A DNA stretch of 64,000 nt. Origin: Chrysomallon squamiferum. Taxonomy: Eukaryota; Animalia; Mollusca. The notes beneath the pieces are model-generated. The model worked only from the letters and a program-made list of their open reading frames with translations. It had not been told where the DNA came from and did not search any database. Location of the stretch: the NCBI GenBank assembly GCA_012295275.1, contig CM022679.1, positions 25,420,001 to 25,484,000 on the forward strand, read 5' to 3'. A program made the position numbers and the translations under genes. Shown here piece by piece: positions 1 to 32,204 of this stretch; the first letter of the stretch is position 1; each line of letters begins with the position of its first letter.

Positions 1-1223
1 AATCTGTAAAACAGATTTTTACAATGTAATTTATTTTCATTTAATATTAGTTTTATTACATAAATTTTTGACAATTTTATCAAAAGTGTGTTTGTATAAT
101 ATTTAAGATATTGGCCGATTTGTTGAGGTAATGAATTATTACTTCTGTGATTCAACAACAAATAAATGACAATGAAAGAAGCATTCCGAACTTACTTATT
201 TCATGGCAGTTCAGTGTAAAGTTTGCCATGTTAACAAACTGACAAATGTTTTTTTATCACTTCAGTATTAACAAATGTCAGTACAATAGTTTACCCTTAG
301 TAACAGAAAAAGAATAAATTAAACATTATTAGCAATTCCAGCAAAAGTATTGAAGCAGATATCTTTGTTGAAAAATTGCATTGTTTTGAAGCCAGTGAAC
401 TACAGATGAAGAACAAAGTATTTGAAATAACATTCTTACCTTTCTGATCAAAAACGTTAAAAGAAAGTAGTAATTCAACCAGCTTAAAAAATCTATCCCA
501 TTAATTTATCAGATATTACAGTATTTAGACCATAATTTATGTATACTTCAATACACATTCGAGTTGTTATGCTTCTTAACCAATAAAAAGTCATCTTAAA
601 AGTTCATGTTATAATTTGTTAGGATCAGCATTCTGTCCGGTCTGTTTGCAGAGTAAAATTTTCATTTGAAATTTTTTTTTAATTGATACATGCACCATGA
701 TGATGAGCAAGCTATATTTGAAACATTTAAAATGAAAGAAAGAACAATGCCAAAGGAATTTCTTTAGACACATCCTACTTATTAGTTGACTCTTATAAAT
801 AATTCCAAGCTATAGTCCAAATTCATCATTTGCAAGTTTACATAAAGATTTCTGACTATATAGTGATGACACTTTAGCATGTATGTACAAAACAGAATAC
901 CAGCCAAGCTATCTTCACACCAGAATTTCTAACAATACCCAAAAACTATTATTTGTGACAACAACTAAGTCAAAAGGTACAACAAAAATAATCATCATAG
1001 GGTTTATTTTTGTTCATCATAAAGCAAATAATTCCTTTTGTATGTATTTTATTAAACAAACTTGACCAAAGCACACAACAATTGTTGCAAATTAAGATTA
1101 AGAAATTATTGTTACCATTTTTTATTTTCTTAAATATAAACACACAAGACAATCTCAACAAAAAATATACAAGATAATTTATTTTCACTATATACAAAAT
1201 TGCTGAAAATCAGCTGTTTCTGC

Positions 1224-4200
1224 TCAGTGTGTACTGTTTTGATGACTTGTATTATTAAAACCTTTTAGATCACTATTAACATCTGTTTGGTTGCCTGCAT
1301 GTACATTATTTTCTATATCTGAAAAAAAAAAAATGACATTATTGTTATAAAGAACATGTTCACTCTGAATTATACCATGGAAAAAAAAAGAAAGTCAAAA
1401 GATAATTTTAAATATTCACACTCTTCCATTACAAATTTTGCTTAAAAATACAATTACACAGCATATACTTGATATCATTTAGTTACTTTACTCAGAGGTT
1501 TTGTGTTGAGTTACTGTCAAACAATTGCTTACACCAGTTAATGGGTACTGCACATTTTTTCTTAGACTAGAAACAAACACAATGAAATTTTTAAAAGTTA
1601 TTTTAAAAATATGTAAAACATGCTTACCACCAACATTATGTAAGCCTTCTGTGGTGCCATTAACTTTCAGCAGAGTTTTAAGTCTCGCTATTTCTTCTTT
1701 CAGTTCTGTTAATTCCTGGAAAAAATATAATTCAAAAAAAAAGTAGAATGTTTGTATTAAAAAGACAGTATATTTTTTAATTACTCATGATGTCTGTTTT
1801 TTATTATTTGAACTAACACAAATGTTCTTAAATGAATCTAAACATTAGAGACATGTACAGTTGTGAAGTAAGTTTTCTGAACAATGGAGATGATGATATG
1901 AATTAAAAAGCTGTTTTTTTCAAATATATCACATTAATGTTTCTGAAGTAAGTTTTATGAACAACAGATGAGCATATCAGTTAAAAACTATTTTTTTCAA
2001 ATATATCATATTAATGTTTCTATCTACCATACAAACGTTTTGCAAAACACGAATTAAATTAAACAAACATCTAGATTTAGCAGCAAGCAAAGGACTTAAT
2101 TTGGCAAGACCTGTTTGCATTGTTCAAGTGTTTCAGAATTTCCAGTTTTGTGTTGTTCTGCCATTGCATTATTCCCATTAACTTCATCTGTCAGGTATTG
2201 TTTAGTTTTGGCTGAGATGTAGAGTCCAGCATCTTCAAAGATTTTATTCAGTTTTTTCATGTACCCCTAAAAATAACGACCAACAAAAGAAGACAAACAT
2301 TTCAAGGTCCAATTTGAAATACAAAAAAAATGCTTTTACAATGTACACACACAAACATTTATTTGTATCAATAAATACAATTTTTTTTAAAAGATGCCTT
2401 AATTTATTTTGATGCTGTTAATGAAATAGTAAAATACAGATCTAAATGACAACGTCATTAAGTTTATTTGAAAAAAAAGTAAGATACATCAGTCTGTGTA
2501 CCTGATAGTAAAAGAAAACAAAAATATGGTCATTTAAAACATTTTAAACATGGATTCCAACAAGTTTTAAATTTAAAAATGATTATTATAAAATCAAAAT
2601 TTATTACCTTACCTTTTGTGTTATTTCCTTTCTCTCTATCAGACTTTCTAGTTGATTCCATCTGTCTTTTTGATCTGGTGTTAAAACAGGATAGACCAGC
2701 ATGGCAAAATGATGACACACCAGTGGAGTTTTAAATTGTAGTTCATATTCACAAGTTTTTGTTTCAGTCACATTTGTGATCTCACTTTTGTTCCCACAGA
2801 TTAAAACAACCTTTTGAAAAACAAAAAAAAATTCAAAATTCAAAACAAAAAAATAGAAAGGTATATACTGGTCTGACTACACTTAATAATGAATTAACTT
2901 CTATTATTTAAGAAGTCTTAGAGAAATAACTAAATAAGATATTTAAGATTTTTATTCATCAGTTTTCTTGTATAATTTTAAAAAACAAAAGAAATCAAGT
3001 ATTAAAAAGAAATTTAAACATTAAGATTTATTTTCCTCACCCTCACTGATCTGAATTTCTCCCCACATGAATCCCCTTCCCTCAGTAACATGGCAATAAA
3101 TGTGTTGTTTTCAATCTCCCAGTCTTGCCACACTCTTGAAAATAAAATAATTGGTATTAAAATTCAATAACAGCTGATAAATAAAAAAAAACCTGTATAA
3201 TTTGTTATCAGCTTATCACTTATAATTTTAATTTAAATAAATATACATACCCTAGCACACCATTATAAGGATTCCATCGAAGACTCTGCTCATGCTGGGA
3301 AACATTGTAGAAGGGACAGAATTTATATTTGTAACTGTTAAAGAGAGCAGAATTGTAATTATGAACATATTTAATAACCTAAAAGGTAAAAAAAATTACT
3401 TAAAAGATTGAATAAACAAAACTTGTCAGTATAGTTTCTTAATTATACTTTCACAGAACAAAAATCATTTACAAATTAAGTATTTTTCTAATGACATTCA
3501 TAAAATAATAGCTCTCATATTCAAATGGTTGGATTGGGATATAACTCATTACGAGCACCCTGAACATCATATCTTGTGTTTTAGCACTAAAAAGTACATC
3601 TGTATTATCATCAAAAATAAATGTTTTAAAGCACATACATTTCTTTCTCTCTAAAATATAAAAACTTCACATAGACAAACTCAAAAATAAAAAAATTAAA
3701 ATACTGACTAACTTTTCTTCTGTTTTTGTAAAACATTTTCCTAAAAGTCTTTTCAGATGAGGTGGTCCTGAAAAATTGGCAGGTTTTATACGCATCTTCA
3801 GTGACTGCTCTTGAGGTTGGTAAAAATTATTCATTCCTGCATAGCTATAAATAAAGTGGATTATACAAATTAATAATTAATCAGGTAGGTGTTTACAAAT
3901 CTGTTTCAAGACATTAATGGTTACATTTATAACAGTTAATTTTTACATCATATATTATCTAAAATGAAATGAATATTTTACATAATATCTTCTTGTTTTT
4001 TTTTTTTTGGTTGTTTAATTTTAATTTTTTTTATCAAAAGTGATTTTTAATTTTGGGTGTTTAGTAATTACTTGCCCATAACTTGATGGCTCATCCACTA
4101 TTTTCATATCTACCATGTCACTCAAAACATCTATGAAAAGAAAAAGAATTAAGTAAAAACCAAAAACTCCAAAACAAATACTGATGAACTCATATGCATG

Positions 4201-4804
4201 TTATCTCCACTATGTCAAACACAATTAGATTTCATAGAAGGTATCTATTTATTAATCACCTATTTGTGCTTTATATGTATAAGCAAAAAATATGAACTTA
4301 AAACTAGTAAACTGAATGACAAATATTAACAGCTAAGTCTATCACTGGATTAAATTGTTAGGCAAAAAAAGCAAATGTTTCAACAGTTATCTCCCCTAGA
4401 CAGTAAAACTCAAACAAAAAACAAAAAGGAGAAAAACACAAAAATAAACGTTATCAAAACCTTACTTTCTGGATTATAATCTATATCTTCTGCATAAAAG
4501 AAGCATTTTAACACAGAAACCAAAATAGTTTACGGTTCATGATGAAACTGATTTTGTAAATGTTCGTCAGGTTTATATTAATATAATACTGATAATATTA
4601 TTATATTATACTCAGGATCTAAGTACCAACGGCAAAGCCAAAGGGATTTGTCTCAGAGACTACATATTCACTATGTATTGAACAAGTGCCACGTGAAACA
4701 TACTTACTGTCAGACAACACAGTTAACAAAATTACTGTTTCCAAGAGCAGAAGAGTATCGTGAAATAAATTTCTGGCAGGTATTCGTTTCGCTGTACTAT
4801 TCAT
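1224..4804 (-). CDS. GNPTG: N-acetylglucosamine-1-phosphotransferase gamma subunit (MRH-domain protein), spliced, about 324-332 aa
   Basis: Phase-consistent exons on the minus strand: 4708-4804 (hydrophobic leader), optional 4466-4489, 4076-4130 ([11 protein letters not shown]), 3713-3844 ([15 protein letters not shown]), 3251-3334 ([28 protein letters not shown]), 3041-3134 ([17 protein letters not shown]), 2613-2810 ([23 protein letters not shown]), 2111-2266 (LNKIFEDAG), 1628-1715, 1224-1294 (TGA). The motifs match GNPTG as I recall it ([40 protein letters not shown]). The first and last exons are less certain. Confidence 0.92.
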
Positions 4805-5511
4805 AATCTAGCCTGTTTTACTTTTCGACCTAATTACAGTAGTAATTTCCTCCCTTCTTCTTGTTACCTCCATGATTTGATCTTAAAGCTAGAAAATCAA
4901 ATATCTAGACAACAATTAAACGACATAAATTGTTTTACTTGAGTTGTTTATTATTCCAAATATAATACTGATAAAACTATTGGAGACTGGTAATCGTACA
5001 GAATAATTGTCCCCTTTCGGATAAAGTACTTACCATTTATAGCCTTAATATTGTAATTTTACGTACTTACAATATAACTGTTAGATGCTTCTGAATTTAG
5101 TTAAATGAATTACTAATTCGGTCGAAAATGATGGTTATTAATGTGCTTTTAAATTATAAATATTCTACCTTTATGTTTAGATTCAGTAAATATGTATAAG
5201 GAATTTAAATTTGATAAGTTAACTTACACTTTAGACTAGTCGTTTAAAACAATTATTATTGTTTTTCTTTCAATTTATTTACTTTCTTACTTTTTTTAAA
5301 TTATTTATTTATTTTTAATTATTATTTATATATTTATTTATTTATACATTTATTTACAATTTTACTGTTCAGTTTGCAAAAAAAAAAAAAAAGATTTTAT
5401 TCCAAATCGATATTCTGATTATTGATTTATTTGTGTATACATGGTCTGCCATGAGCAATTATTTCAGTTCTTTTTTCTTCTTCTTCTTTTTTTTTTTCGC
5501 AGTGCGCGGCT
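4805..5511. promoter_or_regulatory. Putative shared divergent promoter / 5'UTR region between GNPTG and the dioxygenase gene
   Basis: The start codons diverge 707 bp apart. A strong acceptor (poly-T...cgcag, ending 5502) 9 nt before the dioxygenase ATG implies a non-coding first exon inside this interval. TSSs cannot be seen directly. Confidence 0.55.
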
Positions 5512-6634
<1,123 letters not shown>

Positions 6635-7878
6635 ACTAGCTATTAATATTATTTCAGATTAAGAATGTAATAAACAGACATCCAGTAGTAGTAGTAGTAG
6701 TAGTAGTAATAGTAGTAGTAGAAGTAGTAGTTGTAGTAATAATAATAATAATGATGATGATGATAGTCATTATCGTCATCATCATCACGGTTTTGTGAAG
6801 TTTCTCTCTATTTACATTCATAATTCGATAGTAGATAATATATGTTCAATATTCATAAAACTGTATGAGTATTCAAAGTGTTGCGGTGTTCTTTTCGGTT
6901 CTATGATGTCTGTTATGGTAAATGCCTGAGCCAACATACGTGCAATACAAGAGTGTTCAAACACGTATGGTTATATACACACACATATACAATATTTGTT
7001 TATTTATTTATTTATTTCATTTATTATTAAACAAATATATTATTATTAATTATTTTTTTATTATTATTATTATTTCTTTGGTAACATTTTTTTTATTTCC
7101 TCAAAAGTGATATTCTATTACGATATTTATGTAACAATAATTTCTATAAAATATCAATATTAAAAATTATTTTAATACTATTTAAAAATAAATAAACAAA
7201 CCAAAATTAACCAAGAATTAAGAAAAATATGAGAAAGAAAGGTTCAAAAGAATGAACAGAGCTGTAGGTAAGAATATTATAATATTAGGAACGTCTAAAA
7301 ATGTTACATTAAAGCTCTTGTAACATTGTTCTTTGAGCAACTTGTAAAACTTGTTAACAACGAATATTGTTTTTGGAAACGTTTGTAAACCGAACAACAT
7401 TTTATTATAAGCATATTCGTCTGCCAGTTAATCAGTAGCACCAGCTTATGGTGAAAATATATTTACTGTTGCTAATAACCATTTTTTACCATACAGGTCA
7501 AATACACTGTATTCATTTTACTTTTAAACGTTTTCTTTTATTTATTTTATTTTGTGTGTGTGTGTGTGTTTATAATTAAAGACTATGAGTTTTTAATAAC
7601 GTTTATAGAAGAAAGGAATCTAAAACGTAAATGATAACGAAACGGGTGGTGACAATTTTAATGTTTCAGTATATTATACATTACTGACTACAATTTCTTA
7701 AATTTCTGAAATCGTACAATAATAATTACGAAATACGTTACATTGTTGTATTTTAGATAAAATAACAAATAACTTCTTCAGTTTCTAACAATAAAATCGA
7801 GTACTTTGATTTTGCAAGACTCCCAGAGTAATACTAGATAACATCTGAAACCAATTTAACCATCCCGTTTGAGTATGG

Positions 7879-7963
7879 CAGCGGTGACCGTTGTTTTGAC
7901 ATGTCTATGTCTATATTACAGCGGTGACCGTTGTTTTGACATGTCTATGTCTATATTACAGCG
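7879..7963. repeat. Perfect 40-bp tandem duplication
   Basis: cagcggtgaccgttgttttgacatgtctatgtctatatta occurs at 7879-7918 and 7919-7958. Confidence 0.95.
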
Positions 7964-8639
7964 CACTGTATTCAAGCACGCCTAGCGTGGACAACAGTCT
8001 TTGACTTGATTTAGACAATTCTAAACAGTCGCAAGCTAACATGCACTTTTATAAGTTTACAAGTTAAACCACAGTTCTTTATTTTACACAGAATTTACTA
8101 TATTCAAATGTTCTATTTTTAGTCTCAATTATTATTATATCAGAATTTACTCTATTCAAATGTGCTATTTTTAGTCTTAATTATTATTATTATTTATATA
8201 TTAGACCACATTTCTTTTTCTTATATCGAATTTGTCATATTTAAATGTTCTATCCCACATCGTAAATTTTGTTTATTTATTTATTTATTACTGTGTAATA
8301 ATACTGTAATCCAAATACAATGTTTAATGTATGTATAACGTGCATGGGGTGTTAAGATAATTAGGAAAAGTAAAACAACAGTTAATTATTAAGACAACAA
8401 AACTGCGTTCAAAAGTGATTCCGTGTGATTGAATAAAAATACAAAAATAACCTTACACAGCCGCATGTATTTAACTATTCCCACAATAACAACTTTTATC
8501 TTTTTTTATTTTCTTTGTTTGTTTTATTTACAATGCTTTGCCTTTAAACACTTGTAAAACCTTTTTAATAAACTTGTAAAAACTTTGGTTTACGGTCATC
8601 TCTTTTTCTAATTCCATTAGCCGATACTAATTAGAGAAA

Positions 8640-9160
8640 CAAGAGTAACCGCGCTCGCGTCCACTAAGAATGACGCAACCAAGAAAAACACACGACCGTT
8701 TTAACTTTATTCCAGAAGTTTCGTGTAGTTGTTACATCAATTAAAATAACAGGAGCGACTCCTGCTCTATCTACAGCACTGACCATTACAACAAATGCGA
8801 TTAGTCAGCGAAACAGAGAGACAGAGAGAGAGAGGGGCAACACGATTTGCTGAGTTACATCAAAGAGGAGGCAGTTGCCAGAGCAACAGAAGGAAGTTGG
8901 GTCAGAACATCGGGGAAATCAAGAACGGCTCTTTTACTGACAGGAGAGGCGTGGCTCTGAGGACGGAGCAATTTGATTGGCAGAAAAATAGAACCGATAG
9001 CATGAAAGAGTAACAAAAAAAAAAAAAAAAAGTAAAAAAAAAGAAAGAAAACGAAATAACTTCAGAAGAAGCGAGATACGTAAGTCGGTCATTTTTTCGG
9101 CACAGACCAACATCTTTCTGCCAGTTGGTGACTGGACCAGGTTGAGGTCTGCATCCCAAC
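8640..9160 (+). promoter_or_regulatory. Putative promoter / 5'UTR of ZCCHC24
   Basis: Relatively GC- and CpG-rich stretch just upstream of the ATG. It contains TGACGCAA (CRE/CEBP-like) and GATTGG (reverse CCAAT) motifs, which are unvalidated. Confidence 0.4.
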
Positions 9161-25557
<16,397 letters not shown>

Positions 25558-27911
25558 GGAAAAAATCACTGCGGACATTAATCTAGTAACCAAATCTTAC
25601 ATGAAATGTCATGAATGTAAATTGTTGAAGGAAATCTTTTAATTCCTTTTTTTTTTTTTTTTTTTTTTGGAAAATGAACAATGGTGCTATTCTTTGTCTC
25701 TGCAGAGTGCTGCAAGCTTGGTTTGACTTTACAAAAGCTTTTTTTGCCTACTTTTTCTGTGTGAATTTTTATATCCAGCATTGTTGGTCTTGGCACTTTG
25801 AGACATTGCATTTGTCTATGCAAAAAGTTGGGCAGGCTTTTGTTGTCCTGTAACATATTTTGAACCTGTTCTATGCAAATATTTGTCATAGTTGATGATA
25901 CATTATTTTTGATTAAGCCATAATTATGACATTCATTAATATTTCCCCATAAAAATACTGTAGCATCATCACTCTATTTTAAACAGATATTATATATATA
26001 TATATATATAATCTGACAACTATGCTACACTCTTTTTCATTTCTTTTAAATCATTGTGATATCTGTTGACTAGGATACCCATTGTTACATTCACATAATT
26101 ATAATTATTTTAAATTTATAATTCAACTGAAAAAGTAAAAGTTCATTAAAATGTTTTATTTTTGCATAATTCATTTCAATTAGTGCCTTTACTATCACAA
26201 ATTCATCACTTAACAGTCTATTTTTCAAAACATACTTCTACCAAAAAATGACAATATGAAGACACAAAGACAAATATGTAATGACCAAAAACGAAATTAA
26301 AAAAAAAAAAAAAACGTTTTTTGAAAATAAAATCTAATGAAATAATTTACGACTTTGCAGCAGTATTACATATTTTTCTTGTGCCAAAATGCAGTGTATT
26401 TTACTTTTTTTTATATATGTGGAATTGCAGTTTATATTTGTGTAATTATTGTGTGTGTATGAAACTTTTTTTGTTTGTTTGTTTTGCAAAGACCTGTCAT
26501 TGTTTTTCATTTTCAATGGACCAGCTTCCTGTGAGCGATCTCACTCGGACTTCCCAACATTCTATCACCGACCAAGAATTGGTTTTGATTTGTAAATTTC
26601 TGAAATTATTATTAACTTCACAAAACAAAATAGAGGGTCTTTGTCATTATCCAAAGGCCTGAAGGCTTTCTGTACTATGTATATATTTGACAATTTATTT
26701 TTTTGTTTTTGTTTTAGTTATTCAGGGTTTTTTTAAAATAAAAAGATACTATAACATGAAGGAGAAGGATTGTATAAAATTTAATTATCGTTTTCTGTGT
26801 TGGTAATAATATCATCATGATTTGTAGAAGAGCTTTTTAAAGCAACGTTTTTTTTTTTTATGTATATCAAGTTATTTCCATTCACATTAAGAAATATGTA
26901 ATAAAGAACAGAATAAAAAAATATTGTCAGAAGATATTTCACTTTATCTCTAGTAGTAATATATAGGTCCATTTTTAAAAAATATATTTTTTCATTATCA
27001 TTTCTGTTGCGGCATCATAATCTGTATAATTCTGATCTTTATTTTGACCCTTTTTCATTTCTGTTTGGTTTATATTGGTTACTTTATGTAAAATATTGTA
27101 GCATGGTGTCGTACATGCTAAATGTATTTCATTCCTTGTATTCACTATTAAAATTGCATGTTTTGTATTATTTATTTTCATTCTTGTGTTTTGAATGAAG
27201 TGATGATTAATTTCACTGGCGAGCTTTGCTTTGCTTTTTATGACTGAAGACCTGATTCAGGCTTGAATTCAAAACGAAAAACAAAATATATGAAAAGGCC
27301 GATAGGATGCAATACTTAGTAATTAGTAACGTAGCTTTTTAATAAAACCCCGTATCACATAAAACATCCATGTTTGGAACATTACCTTGTTAAACAATGT
27401 TCAAATTAATTGTATTAAAAATATGATTTTTACGTGGTAAGACTAAATTTGGAGAAATACACGGTTTTAATTTTAACATTGTTACAAACTATCAAAGGCT
27501 CAATTTTGAAAATTCTTTGATTTCCAAACATCGATGTTTGTCATTTATTACCTGCACTCCTTTAGTCCCAATATTCACCTTTGTTCATAGTCCAGTGATC
27601 CTAATTTTGGCTCAAGATGGAAAAATAACCAACAAGAAATGATGTAGATTTTGAAGTATTTAATTTAAAGATGTTCCTTTGTTAGTCACGTGTTGTTTGT
27701 GTGTACATTTAGAATTTTGTTTTGCTTTTAGATGTAGAGAATTTGTTTTGAAAATCTGATGTATATCTTTTCAGTTAGTAAATTTATTATTTTTGACAAG
27801 TCAGTGTATATTTGATGACAGCTCAGATTTCTGTACCACTGAAAATATCAATTTAAAAAGCATATCAAAATTTATGGATAAGTGTGACAAAAAACGAACT
27901 AGGAATTGTTT

Positions 27912-27954
<43 letters not shown>

Positions 27955-28240
27955 TTTTCTTAATGTTAATATTAATATTTTTTTTTTTTCTTCTTCAAAT
28001 AATATATTATTTTAGATTTATCATTTATCATATGTGAGTATGTATGTATTATCTATATGTATGATAAATATGACATGATATGAAAATATTTAGAATTTGC
28101 TTAAGTAACCGTAACAACATTGTTACATTGTATTTAGACAAAAATAATTCTTGTTTCGTTTACTGTCACATTTTATAATTTGTTACTGAAACAAATTAAA
28201 GCTGGAGATAAAACAGTCATTTTAATGTGACATAGAGAAG

Positions 28241-28273
<33 letters not shown>

Positions 28274-28481
28274 GTATATGATAAATTGAGTATAGCAAAA
28301 AAAAAAAAGTTACCACTGAAGACCAGGCAAAAACTAGACAGTAATAAAACATTCATTTTTTATATATTTGTTTTTTTTATTGTTCCACAATAATTATTAA
28401 ATATAAATTTTTGGGTTTTCATTTTAATTTGTACAATTTTAAATTTTGTTTCTGATTAAATGAAACATTGAAGAATTTTCC

Positions 28482-28516
<35 letters not shown>

Positions 28517-31500
28517 GAATAATTAATTTTCAGTCTTTTTAATCTGTTGTACAGACTGTCACAAAATTTGTGAATGGATATGAGCTCTTGGTTAATATCT
28601 GTGTAAAATGGCTGAATATTATAAATTATATTTTACAAGAAAGTACAAGATAAGCAGTTTATTTAATATCTGCTGTGTTATAATAGACATACCAGAACTG
28701 GAAGTCTATGGAATTAGATAATTATATGTATATATTTTTGTTCTAATATCATTATATTTAAAATACAGATGTAATAAATTTTAGAATGTTTGGAAATTTA
28801 TTATTTATTTTTATTCCATTAAGGAGAAATATATAGTTAGTTATTTCATAACCTTGAGCTCAAAAATGGACAGTATTAAAAATGTCAGGGTTATTAATAC
28901 CCACAAAGATTTTTGTGATAAGAAAGAAAAAAAAAAGGTTTCATCTGGTTTGAATGTGAATATTTATGAGCTGTTGGAGACCTTTATTTTTATTATTTGT
29001 TTTTTTATTTATATTTTTTTAAATCATTTAAAGACATTATTATTATTATTATATTTAAATTATTTCATTATTATTCTCTATTATTACTGTTATATTTATA
29101 TTTTTTATATTTTTAATATATAGAATTTCTTTTTTTTTCTTAACATAAATGTTTTGACTTGTAAAAATAATCAGAAATTGTGGCTTCCATTCATTAAGAA
29201 GTGCCTTAAAATTTAATAAATTTGCTGCCAGTATTAAAAATTATAGTTTTCTTTTAAATGCATTGATATTCAAGATGGCAGAATGATATGCTTGTTTTTT
29301 TTTTTTTTTGCTTTTTACCCTTTATCTGCAAATAAAATTTGTTTTGCAGTGAATCTGAATTTTGTTTTTTCTTGAGTTTATTTATTTTAAAATTAGTTCA
29401 CATGCCAAAATTCTTTGGGAATAATGAATCAAAATACAGAGATTGTGAACATCATGAAACATATAAAGGGTGTGTAAAATTTCAAGATTTATGAAGATTT
29501 TTTTTTTATTCCTGCAGCTATATGTAGCTTCACAGAAATTGATATCTGGGATCTGTTGGAAGATGTTTTGAAACTCATCCAGTGAAATAATAATATGCAT
29601 TTTCTGTAGGTTATAGTCTTAGTTAAAAATGTCTGGGGCCCTCTCAGATACTGTGGTATGTTTTTACGATTAAAACAAAATTTGTAGTATTGAACTAACA
29701 CAGATACACAGGTAATACTCTACATCAAACTGAACTTGTATTAACATGAACAAATAACTTAAATATAATGTTGTGTACATACAAATGGCTGGTTAATTTT
29801 TGACATTGCCCTGCTTCTGACAAAATGATATTACAAATAGATAGATGCTTCTTGTTTCCTTTAAAAAAAAATCATAGGTTTTCAACATGGGGTTGTGAGA
29901 TTGTTTTTGAACAAGGTTATGTTTTAGTTTTTTTCAACTTGACTTGGAAGGTGGAATAAATAAAAACATGTAGATAGGGTTTGGGACCCATCATAGTGAA
30001 TATAGATTCCTTTTTGACTGTCTTTGGTTGATGAAAATATGGTAACCCTAGATATTATTGTATCAAAAATTTTGAAGGAGGTCATCGGTCATACTGAGTT
30101 GCTCATAAGGGGTTGCTGTATGAAAAAGGTTGAAAACAAGTGCTTTAAATCAAGACATCATTTAATTAATTTGTACATAGGAATGAAAAGAAATGAAAAA
30201 AAAAAAGAAAGCAAGGAGGATACTCAGTTAAAGGCAAAAGTTTACTTAATAAAAACAAGCTAGTTAAATTAGGTAAATGAAAGGCATTTCATTGCTGTAT
30301 GCTCGTTTCATTGTTCACGGTGATGTTAGAACATGATAACATACATGCATCTCCTTATTAATATTCTATTTATACCTTACTAGTTAAAAACTGTTTTTTA
30401 AGTGAAGAGAATCACTTAACCGAATAATAATAATTATTTTTAAATGTGGTTTGGCTGTTTGCACTCTAAATTATATGCACCATGAAGAAAAAAAATGATA
30501 TAATGTTTTACGTGATAAGATTATAAATGTATGTAGTTTTTTAGTTTGTTTATTTATTGATTTAATACATGGTTTTTGGTGGGTTTTTTCACTTTCAACT
30601 TCCAAAAACAAGTATGGCATTCATTTCTGGAATGAATACCTGACTTATAGAAACACAGGAACTCTTGTTTCAAATGGCCAACAACATGGCTTCAAGGTGA
30701 GTCTGATGGAACTTGTCGGTTCTGCAGTTCATATCTGTTGATAAAAAAAAATTCATATATATAATTTATTTCAGAATTCCATAAAGCTCCTTTCTTTATG
30801 AAGCTTCCATAACATTTTATCCATTTTAGACATTAACTTTATCTGGGAAACATTAAATAACCTAACTGATAAATATTGTAGCAATAAAGATTTTTTTTTT
30901 TTTTTTTTTTAAACATTCTTTAAAATGAAATAATGATGAAATAAAATTTATCAATATAGGTAAAAGGATGAAATCAAATTTTTGAAATAGCTAAAGCTAA
31001 AATTTAATAACCTGGTGTGTATAAATTAAATCTTTAATTTTGCTTTGAAATCTATATTTTGTAAACACAAAATAAATGAACAATGATGAAGAGTTAGGAG
31101 ACCTGCTAGTACTTGGTAGGGGTTGTTAGGTTTTTGCAATTTAGTATATATATTTTTTTTATAACATGCATTGTTGTTTATTTTGTTTTAAATAATAGAC
31201 TTTTCTTTAGCCAGGAAAACAAAGAGTATTTCATGTGATAAGCCATGCTGAAGGTGAATGGTGGACAAAAACCATATGGACAAAAATTCCTGCTTTCCAG
31301 TTAGGTACAATACAGCATAACAATTATACTAACTTTATTTCACCCATGTATCTTATTTTTTATACAGTTTACCCAGAAAATATTCCCTCAGGACAACACT
31401 GTTTTCCACTTTCATATATATAAATAAAAAAGAAGTTGCAACAAATCATTTACATCAGATTTTCCAAACACCAGGTAAGAAAATGTAATTCTGGATTGCA

Positions 31501-32204
31501 GTGATCTAAAAGAAAGGGCTGGATGATGAGTTTTATTCTTAATATTCTACCATTTTTATTGTTAATTTTGTAATAACTGGTAGCATAAATTTCAAGGCTT
31601 ATTTTTTGCAATAATTCAAAGCTTTTAATGGTCTGGTTATTTTTCTTTAATTCGGTGAAAGATAATAACAATTTTTGAACAAAAGACATTTTAAACTTGT
31701 ACATTTTAAGTTGTATTTTTTATCCATCACTGAAATTAATACAGCACAGCATTCAATGTAAATCAAGAACAGACCCAGTCTTTCAAAACACAGAGGATGT
31801 CATCACTACATAAATATATCTTCAATGTGTTTCATTATTAAAAAACCCAAAAGATAAAGAAAACAACAACAAGAAAAAAAAACAATAAAAAAAAAAACAG
31901 CACAACAACAAAAAAGCAGCAACAAAAATACAAAACAAAAAAACAAACAATAAGACAATAACTAATCAAAAGAACTGTTTGTCATATGTTTAATTTTTGC
32001 ATCTGGTGAGTAAGTTGTAAGTAAGTTGTTGAATAAAAAAATTCATCTGGTCATGATGACTTCCAGATTTACATGTTTCCTGCAGAGGCCATGGACAAAG
32101 CAATGAACAGACCAGGCATTGTCCATCAGCAGTGTGATGTAACAGCAATTACTTTTAATTAACAGGAGCTGGAGAACAGATAAACATGTGTTGAACAACA
32201 TTTC

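Noticed and set aside
1533-1547. Possible 15-nt GNPTG microexon (cag|TACCCATTAACTGGT|gtaagc)
   Set aside because: No polypyrimidine tract precedes the acceptor and there is no homology support.
1865-2021. Imperfect tandem duplication of about 80 bp in a GNPTG intron (similar small duplications at about 8090-8190 and about 16370-16515)
   Set aside because: Real but ordinary local slippage duplications with no sign of function.
32046-32116. Plus-strand ctggtc-ATGATGA...gaccag, snoRNA-like
   Set aside because: Box D would be CAGA and is out of register with the stem, and no guide was identified.
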